Shown in pieces: positions 54,336 to 64,000 of a stretch of 64,000 bases of DNA (the first letter of the stretch is position 1; each line of letters starts with the position of its first letter). Source of the stretch: Iphione sp. A-MEVVRFRX5 (lineage: Eukaryota); contig OZ320313.1 in the NCBI GenBank assembly GCA_976226885.1, forward strand, positions 57,970,001 through 58,034,000, given 5' to 3'. The notes under the pieces were generated by a model that was given only the letters and a program-made list of their open reading frames with translations, searched no databases and had not been told where the DNA came from. A program made the translations under genes and the position numbers.

Positions 54336-55330
54336 TGGACATTACCCCCTCCCCCACGGTGGTGAATGCCGGAGCAATTCCTGGTACGGGCGGGAAGATA
54401 ATAGTAGCGGCTCACCGGGAGCTCGGGGCCAAATTGAGCAATTTCTGGGTTTGTTGCTCTTGACTGCTCTAGCCGCAGCCTCTCCTATCCAGTCTATCTG
54501 GTTCTACATTCGATTTATTTCATATTTACTTACCCACCTTCTTTGTCCTGTAAATATTTGACTGTTTTTACGTCATAATTGTCTAGTGCATTATAGAAAC
54601 ACTGTGCTTAAGAGAACAATGAGTTTTATGCTTTTTTCGTAGCAGTTATACGATTAAATGAGAATGAAGACGTTATATGAGGAAAAGGTCATATCAAAGA
54701 AGAGGGTAATATTGTTTATGCTCATGGATTTATGATGCACATAAACACATGCTTTTAGTTTGCACATGTCTCTTTCCGTTTTCGAGATCTTTAGACATTG
54801 AGAAGGCATTTTAGTCAGTTCATTATTTAAAATAGAATATCATGTCATATAATGAAAAGGAGAACCTGGGTTCACTCGTGTATATCACATTTCAAATGTA
54901 CATATCCATACAAGGTGTTCCGACGTAGCACAGGCAATACTGAGGAGAGAGCCTTTCTCGATGAAGAAAGGAACGTTTCCATTCAAAAAGACCCGAACAA
55001 TTACATCAGTAAGAAGTCGTTTTGCAGAAAGGATAAGAATGCCATCTGTAGAAGTATCATTTTTGTCTTATCTTTGCTGCACCTAAGTGTTTTGTATCCT
55101 TCCCCAGGTATGAGAACACGCCGCTAAACAGACGCCAGAGCTGCCTCTCCTGCTCCAGTTCAACTACCTTCACTTACGTGGGACTCCTCAGAGATGGCGA
55201 CCTACAATGACTTGAGCATCTCGGGGACAGCGGATCGTCCCGGCTCATTATGCAGCTAGCTGCCACCTATTAAATCTCACTGGTTCTCCGATAGCTGCTC
55301 TCAGGAATTACTCAAGGCTCCTGGGTAACC

Positions 55331-55520
55331 CTTGTCAAGCCAGATGACCAATTTGGTGCTTAATTGTTCAAATAAACCCGACGACGGGCCAATAGCGTGG
55401 TTTAATGGCTACTGCGCTGTGTGTGGATTACTCCTGAGGATGCCTGCGAGCGGCAGTAATGAGACATACTCCGCAGGAGACTAGGGCCCACCCTCCTACC
55501 AGCCCGGGATAGTCTCCACT
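55331..55520 (+). mobile_element. Possible tyrosine recombinase relic
   Basis: LVKPDDQFGA (cf. SKTDQFG.G), with a later GPTLL (cf. GPLF). Confidence 0.2.
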
Positions 55521-56966
55521 GGGTATCTGGTTCTCCTTGGGGATCCACCTTAAGTATGAGCAGCTCAACTAGCAGCCTCTTCACTGTACCCTATAACGGT
55601 GGTAACTACATATAAACTACCTGACGTCCTCGGAATCGATTGACTTGAGTGCGTTACATTCTTGGGTTGACGAGGTGAAACAAATACTGGGTGTTGCTTT
55701 TGTGAGAATGAGAGCAAGAGAGATAAAGACAGAGACAGCGACAAAGACAGATATAAAGACTATCTTTCATAAATAGACGTTCTACGAGTGAACAAAAAAA
55801 ATCAAATTTGGACACGGATGAGGTGGGAAGCTTTCCACAGTAGCCACATCCAGAGGAAGTGTATTACAGTGAAGACCCAGTTAAGGATCAGATCACAGGG
55901 AAATTTTCAAACAAAAACTACAGTTGTTCATACATTTACCTGCGGGAAAGACCAGAATCGTCCAACCCCTGTGGTGATTTCTTATGCGAGTTATGTGTGC
56001 TTAGCGGCGTGTCATGTTATATTATGTTCCCCTATTTGAAGTAAGCGGTAACGTAAAGGTAGATGGGAACACACAGCTGTAAACTGAGGGACTTAATCGT
56101 TCGCAAATTTGCCATCGATACTACAGAACAGAAGCCATTTATGTAAAAATATACGAGCCTAGATCGGCTGACCAGAAGACCGCCACTAAAACAAAATCCG
56201 TTTAAAATTTTAAAGGTTTTAATTACTTTGATCTTTAACTACAGGTATGGGACATACTACCAGATGGCTATTCTTTAAGTAATTCGGCCAAATAACATTC
56301 TCGCGACACTTCAATTGTACCAACACTGCATTATCCTCCATGAGTACAGTGTATATACATGTAGAAAAATGGTGACCTAATGAATGGCTTCTTACTTAGT
56401 ATTAATAATCTAGTACCTGACTGGTAACTAATGGCGTGGACACGCCCGTCAACGGTTAATGGCCATGTGAAAATTACCGAGTTAGGTTTTATTATAGTGG
56501 TCCCAGCACGCGAACCTATCTCACGAACGATTTGAGTTAATGACCGAAACTTCCGACCGACTTTGAAATGTGTAGCAAAGGTCCTCTTGCGAAATGCAAT
56601 TCTTTGCTTTGGACTTGGTCCTAATGGACCCATTTCGGTAAATAGTTACCATGTAATCTGGCTGATCCAAACTTTTCACTGAAAACACTTTCCGATATGG
56701 AGTGGCCATGATGCGATCACACCATAACATTTAACATGATCGGCTCTAGAGTTGTATACGCCATTCAACCGCATAGGAAATACGGTTAACCTGATATAAT
56801 ATGCAAGTATAGTTTATTTAATGAAATTAGCTAATTAACTCATTAACGGGTTTCTCAGGTCTTTCTGTGCATAAGACACAAAATCCTATACACCCACAGC
56901 CTTTTCATGAGTTGTGGACCACTCTGTATTGGGGCTACAGTAACTCTGTCTGGTCATGATCAAGAG

Positions 56967-57037
56967 TCCCAGGCCCGGGATTGAACCTGTGACCTCTCAA
57001 TCATTTGACCATTGCTGTACCACTGAGCTAACTGCCC
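56967..57037 (-). pseudogene. tRNA-derived sequence (SINE head or tRNA pseudogene)
   Basis: A-box-like TAGCTCAGTGG and B-box GGTTCAATCCC at tRNA-like spacing. The acceptor and T stems do not pair properly, so it is not a functional tRNA. Confidence 0.55.
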
Positions 57038-60000
57038 ACCCCTTTTTTTCTATATTGAATTTTAGCTGTATCCAGGGCAAAGTTTCAAGAAGATCTGGTA
57101 CAAGTACAGAGAACGAAGCCATACTTTCAAGTTACAGCACATTTGAATCCCGGTATTTCTAGGAATGGCAGTACAGATAGTGCAGTTCACCAACCAAATG
57201 GTATTCATTTCCTAACGTAGCCAACTATGTTACCCACTTTCCTCACAGCTCTTGCTTTAACATTGACATTACCTCCCAGTCTTCGTCAAGTAGCTATCCT
57301 TTCTGTAGCCGTGAAAGCCGCTCGAACAGAGGAGACCGGTTGGAAATAAAATATTTTGTCAATGAAATCAAATCTTTTACTCCCACGTACGCATTGTGCG
57401 TTGACCCCCTTTTCTCAGCGCACCCATTGTGTGGGCCCCTTGCGGAATTTTAGGAGGCCAGCTCCCGAAGGTAACCCTTTATCTCAGGAGGATTCTTTCT
57501 GAGGTGAAGAAAATTGTCTCTGTGGGACGCCTAAAGTGTTGATGGTTTGAAACAATTGCTTCGTCTTGGGCAGGAAGAGGACAGGCCAAAAAAGGCTGAG
57601 AACAGGGAGCCTCGTTATGACTTGGTGTATTGCGTCTCCCGCAATGGCGTCCGTGGTAGAGCACCGTAACCGTGGCTTCCCAGGTGGAGCCAGGCGAACC
57701 GTTAACCTATCTACATGCCCTCTCGGCTATCACTACGTTAGGCTGTGTTGCCCACATTCTAAATGGAACGTGCTGACGGCCATGCCCAGTGTACCGAAAT
57801 AATGCGCACCTCAATCGACACTGTCTCGGTGGATTTTTATTATCTTTCTCGCCAATGCTGCCATGTTACAGCTGCCCCTCCCCCACGTTCCCTCTCTGCA
57901 TCACTTGGCCTCCTAGCAGGGCAAGGACTCTTGATTCCAGACTCTCATCCATTGCTTAATGCCTTGACCTCCCTATAAGACATCCATTTTCCATACTACC
58001 GTTGGCCCCTATATTCTTATTCTCTCCAAACCTTGCGGTGATACGGGGCAATACAGCCAGCCTGCAGCACATCGACCCAAGCATGGTCGGAACCGCAAAC
58101 CCACTAGACGGCAGTATTTGTCCACCGTGTGGATGAGGCCGTAGGTGGTGGTCATCTATCAGGAGCCCGACCACTATCAGCCCGGTATTGACCGGCCCAG
58201 TTTGGTCCCTCCCTTACCCTACCTCAATCCCACTGCCAACCCTTGCGGCCGTCCCGTCCAGCAACCCACTCCGCCCCCCCCACCACCACCACCACCAACA
58301 CCAGCGCCCACCCTTGCCGCCTCCTTATCATTACCCTGACCTCGGAGGTCATAAGCTCAGCCCACCCGACGCTCGATCCCATCTAGGGGTACCTCTGGTC
58401 ATAACGCCATTATTCCGCAGCCAAAATGATTTGCGCTGCAAGTCGTAAAGAGAACTGCCTTATTATTACGGAACCTGACTTAGATGGAGTGAGAGATAGG
58501 GCGTGGTACTGAGATGGGAAAAAAGAGGAAAGAAGCGCAGTAGTTTGAAACACCCCCGTTCAGCGTGAGTTGCTGTATGAATTATCTTAAAAAATGATGG
58601 TGGTTTAATTTCGTGCATCGAGGATGAGGACCATCATGCCGAGTTTCTTGCAACAAGCAGTTATACTGAGATGACAGGGTAGGTTTTGTAGCTGCTCAGA
58701 CCCATGGAGACCATCCAGCCGCAATATAAACGCAAAGGAAATACGATTTCATGGGGTGGTGTTTCACTATTTCAACATTAGTCTTCCACTGTATGCAGAT
58801 CTGAAACAAAAAGTATAAGACAAGCCATGGCTTACTATTCGCTATTTATAGTGGTTATTTTCAAGGCACTTTTCCCTTGTATCCATGGACATCGTCCTGT
58901 TATGACGGATCGAGGTATAACAAGATGGCCGTTATCAGTGGGAAAAACTGAAAACAATTACAGCGTAAGGAGATTCCTTCGACAGTTCACAAATGATTAC
59001 TAATTGTGATGCTTGTAAGTTACATGTGATAACTGAGTGTCGAACTGAATGTATAAACAGTTACGTCAGTATAATCATAATTAAACAAGGAAGAATGATC
59101 CATTTGTAAGTTTGCTGACCCGATTCTGTTCCACACATCTCTAGACTCCACCGGGGAAATAACTACGAGGCAATATCCAATTGAATAACCCCTGCGGGGG
59201 ACAAGGCGTCCAGCCGATAGATTTTTGCTAGAATTTTTGCCTACTACAAAGCAAATCGGTATTCAATTTCACTCCAATGATTTAATCTTGATGATTACAG
59301 AGAGTGCACAATAGTCTCTACAGGGATCAGATTTCTGCTCAGAGATGAGGAGTGGGCGCCTATAAGAACTGTACACCTAGCAATTTCTTTTACTTAAGGT
59401 TTTGTATCCTGTAGAGCTGCCCCTTACGTAAATTGCCAAGAGCATCTTTTTCTTATTAGAGGCGTCTCCTGCCTTCGTATTACTAGTGGGCCAGCGACCT
59501 CGGGAAACGCTAAATCGGCTTCTTGAACTCCTTAAAGTCATGTCCGACAAAGTATGTGTGATCTCGAGAGTAACCTTGTCTCGCCCGCCGTTTCCTGCTT
59601 AAACCGGCCGGGCGTGACTCACGGACATATGGGCAGTAGCTTATATGCTCCTTGCCTTGTCCTGCCCTGTACCTGACAATGAAAATATGTGTACTTGGAA
59701 AACCTGTCTGGAGAACAGCCCGCACACATGGAAATCGGACCTAAGAGAGAGTACACTTATGCCACCAAGATGAAAGTGCACATTAGGATTATTTTGTTTT
59801 GCATTTGATAAAACATACTCATCAAGAAAGCAAGGTGGTTTTATAATCAAAGGTACATCGATGTCTTGCAGACACTGACAGAAATGTCAATTTTAATGAC
59901 CGATTCGGTTCTGCCCCGGTTTCTCATCGGTTTAGGCTGTAATTTAAATTAAAGGCTTCAGTGTATTGATCCCCTTCAATTTCGGCCAAGAAAGCAATGT

Positions 60001-60958
60001 CTATCCTACTTTTCTCTGTGGAAAATCAGTTGGCTCTTTCACATTTATGGCGGGTCAGATTTACACACACCCCTATATCTGTGCCTCTGAGTGAGTATCG
60101 ACGGGACTCGGGAATTTACGCGTGTTGGAAGCCGAAGGGGTTGGGAGGTAATGTGTTTGATTTGTGACTGTTTCGCGCTCCGACTAAACCGCCCGACACG
60201 TCACCTTGAGCCCCCTGGCGGTCACAAACGACCCTACCCTGTATTCTATGACCTTTTAAAGCGCCGCTATCTTAAATCCACAATCCTGTTGGCGGCCACT
60301 TCCACTGTACACTAATCACCGGAGTGATTGCCCCAGTAGAAACGGAGCAGAGGCGGGGATTGCGGGTGGGTGGGACGTTTCCTCATTAGTGACTCAGATG
60401 AGGAAGGATTTCAGGGATAGCAGTCTCCCTTGGGAGCCCACAGAGGTGGGTATGGCTTGACAATAACATCCAGCCTAAACGAGATTAACGTCTGTCTCAT
60501 GTGACGTCCTGTGTAGGATTTTAGGACATGGACTTGTTCAGGCCTGCAACTCAACGGCGGATGCGAGCGAGGCCGTGCGAACTCATAGTTACAAACCCAG
60601 GTTCAACCCACGTAGAGCCGCCCCACATACTAGTCAGTTCTTCACGGTCCACACACATTGTTGCAGCTACTCCTTGGTAACGCACTTTGCAATTCGGCGG
60701 CAATTCTGAAGGGGGCGTGCAACTGTGGCAATCTTTCGACCGACTCGTACCTCGAAGGCGTGCACCGGCGTTGGACGGCGAGCCTGTGCGGAGATGTGAG
60801 CCGGCCATACGACCCTGGGGAAACCTTACCCCCCACCCCCTTTCGGTGAGGACCTCTATTAGCTGTCGGTGCTGACATCTCATATTGAATCCGCAAGCTG
60901 GACAGATATCGTCCCGACACCACAGGCTGCCGAATGACAGCGCTTCTATTACCAGCAC

Positions 60959-60972
60959 GTTGCCATGACAAC
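60959..60972. promoter_or_regulatory. X-box-like GTTGCCATGACAAC
   Basis: One mismatch from the perfect palindrome, in CpG-rich sequence. Confidence 0.3.
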
Positions 60973-63900
60973 TTCGAGGCAGTGTCGGATGGTACCACGG
61001 GCAGGGCGTTACGGAAGGATCTTGCCCATGAGGAGGACCTATTGTCAACGGCATATTTTCCTTACGCATATTCCTATCTGTAACGTACCTATCTCCAGAC
61101 AGAGCCGGGCGCACTCGCTGGCAATATCAGATACATCAACAGAAGGCTGCCCGTCACCCCCCCCTCCCCCACCAAGGGCAGCGCGAGCTTTCTGTCGCCA
61201 GAGTCGTGAAAACAAGCAACCGGCGTAGCGCATGTCCGACCATCTGTGCAAGTGTGGCACATGGCACAGCTAGCTGAGAAGTTGCGCTCCTCTTGCCCGC
61301 CCCCAAAAACTCTTACATGAGAAATACACGCACTGACTGCAAACGATCACATCTCACCATCACCCTCTTTTCGATTCTTACTTGGAAAAACACGAGGAAT
61401 ATTTTTTCGTATGCAGGACATAAGCTCCAGAATAAATGAGTAACAGCTATAGGAAAAAGTGTCTATTGCAATCATAGTGTCGTTCAGAAGACGATATCCA
61501 TCTCTCGTTTGCAGCAAAACACTTTCCCCTACGTACATAAATGCATACAACTCGACATGTAATGCAGGTTCTCACAATTTACCTCTGTATATTGAAAGTT
61601 TTGCGGGATGGTATTTTTACAGCTATTAGTGAAGGGAATAACTTTGCGTGGCAAAGGAAATACTTGTATGCCGGCGATTATCGAGAACGGAAACAATTCT
61701 GAACGAAAGGTGAATTTAATTGCAAAATTGACGGTCGTTTGTTGGGAATCACTGTTGCGGTAATTGACACATCAGCACATCTGCCAGCTTCAGCGATGAA
61801 ACGAAGTTGATTTACACATGAGTTTTAATACCAATTGACTACGCAGTCACTGTTTTATTACATCATTTCCTTTTCATATCGCGGATGTTCCATCATGTTC
61901 ATCGCACATGGTTGTGGCCTATATTACACGAAGCCATCTTGCCTCTGAATCAATATTGAATCAATAAAAAGGCTTTCGAATGAATAGTTTTTCTCCAACA
62001 ACAAATAACCAAAGACCAGAGACAAGAGATAGTTGTGACAGGACGTAGTGCCCTTCTGTCTCGCTGTTTGTCATGGACGTTGGGTGTGCTCGGACCAAGG
62101 CACATATTGACCATGTGTGTTCATCCGCTGTTAAGAGTAGTGTGTTTAAACAAGGCCCATAGCATGGCGAGCCCCAGCTCAGGGTGCAGACACAGGAAGG
62201 GCTCCATATAGGCCCGTGCCGGCAGCAGCATCACGATCGCCTCTAGCGGGTATTCAGCTCCCTAATACATCCAGCTGGGTACCAAGCGAGGATAGAGCTT
62301 GGTGCCAAGAGCGGAATATTACATTTTGACTCATTCGCATTTGGCAAGACCACAATAAATTATTGCTCTTCCATCTTCCACGCCCATCTCGGAATGAAAC
62401 CATGTCTATGCGTATCTCAATGGGCGGGGGCCTTGACCCGAAATCACAAGGAGATTTACAGCGATACTCCGACAGGAAATAGCAGGTAGATCTTCTAGAT
62501 AATAGTGGAAATCCAACATCACTTATGCAATAAACCCCAAGGCAACAAGTAGAAACCATACATCGTATACTCTGTAACCGTTTTGAACCATGTAGAATTG
62601 TGACGCCGCAAATTATCACCATCCAAGTATTTGTACCAGAAGTGCTTTGTCATAAACACCGTGCGAGACGGTTAGGGAATTTATTAACACCTCCGAGGCT
62701 GAACAGACCTTAGCGCCCACCCACCAACTGCAATACTTTCCCATTCGGCCGTCTACCTACCTCGGGCCCTCTTCTCCTCAATGTGTTGTGTATGACAACA
62801 GGGGCGAGCTGCTCGGCGCCACCTAGCAAGTAGCTCGACACGACTCGACCATAACGAGGCTGTCAGCGCTCGTGCTATCCGCTGGAAGTGGAATATTGTC
62901 TTTCCACGAGGGGGCGCAGCGAGATAGTGCCAAGTATGAGAGCTGCTTGCTGATTGGATTAGCGGCTGCGAGTGAATACACTCCATCCCCTAAGCTATAT
63001 GTCTATACATACAGGGAGAGAAAGTACCTCCAGAATGGCACTGGGTATTGCACTAACGCCAATCATGTACCCTTTCATACATGGTGTATCCTGCGCAAGA
63101 TGTCTACTAGAACATATAGGAAAGCATACCATATTGCCAGTCCATCAATTCGCACAAGTACATATCAGTCGCCCATGATAAACATGCAGTGATGCCTCAG
63201 TAAGAGGCACGTAGCCAAATGTCACAGTGATTCGCATATCCCAGCGGCGCATGCCACTCATAACGGTGATTCCCATTTCCACGCATTCATAATGAAGCGT
63301 TTTTACTGATTCCAAAGGGAGCAATCCAACTGTGTTAATGTCATTTCCATCTGCTTGGAACGAAATACAGCCGCTTAGGTTTTTCCGGAGCAAATGCACC
63401 AGGGGAATTGAATATTCAGTAATGTTAACACGAGCTTTGTTTCAAGAAAATAGCGAGGGAACTTCGGGGAAAAGAGCAGGCGAACAGTAGAGCACCGATA
63501 AAGTGCATTGGCCATAGTTACACTTAGCTTTCATGCTAATTACCTTCCTTGCTGTCGGGATTTCATTTTTCATCTTAACCTAAGGAATTTAATGGTAGTA
63601 CTGAACAGAACTGCCTGAGCATCAGGGATACTCAGACGACGCATTTGAAAAATATCTTAATTCTCAGTTAACCTACTTATCAAATCATGATGGTGCGACA
63701 AGGGACCGAATGGTGCAGAGTGTGCAGAATTGATATCCTTGTCGTGTTCAGTCTGAATGTAGGGACATAGCTACTACCAGTACCCAGGGTCACCTTACTA
63801 CGGGAATAGATAGCTCAAGACGCCCCGTCTTTACACAGGGCGATAAAAGAGGGCATAGAGATCTACCGGGGAATCACTACAAGATCATGAAAGGTGTTAT

Positions 63901-64000
63901 TACTGGAAGCATGAAAGACGGACCGCCGGCTGTGTCAAGAAAAGAAGAACATCAGGACCAAAGAATCTATAGCGAGTACAGCATACGTCAGAGTGCTTTC

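Noticed and set aside
60802-60817. CGGCCATACGACCCTG, 15/16 match to the 5' end of 5S rRNA
   Set aside because: Similarity stops immediately and there is no internal control region.
62278-62306. 10-bp hairpin GGTACCAAGC/GCTTGGTGCC
   Set aside because: Isolated, with no U-tract or associated feature; hairpins of this size are expected by chance.

Overview
Eukaryotic, most likely metazoan (invertebrate-like) non-genic DNA; I found no supportable host gene, rRNA, intact tRNA or CRISPR array. The one clear element is a young, 5'-truncated Penelope-like retroelement (PLE) on the minus strand at 47843-50279. Its reading frame (48422-50257) encodes a reverse transcriptase, a Cys-rich linker and a C-terminal GIY-YIG endonuclease, broken only by one in-frame TAA. 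It is bounded by a perfect 16-bp target-site duplication and has an unexpected T21 tract at its 5' junction. Its 3' terminal region holds a complete hammerhead ribozyme core whose two halves are separated by about 180 nt that look like a GT-AG spliceosomal intron, which suggests a splicing-gated ribozyme (hypothesis, the top lead). The rest is a mosaic of heavily decayed retroelement relics (an older PLE RT, DIRS/Ngaro RT and tyrosine-recombinase fragments), a tRNA-derived relic, simple and tandem repeats, and isolated regulatory-type motifs. All homology calls come from motif recognition by eye, with no database search, so the relic calls are low to moderate confidence.
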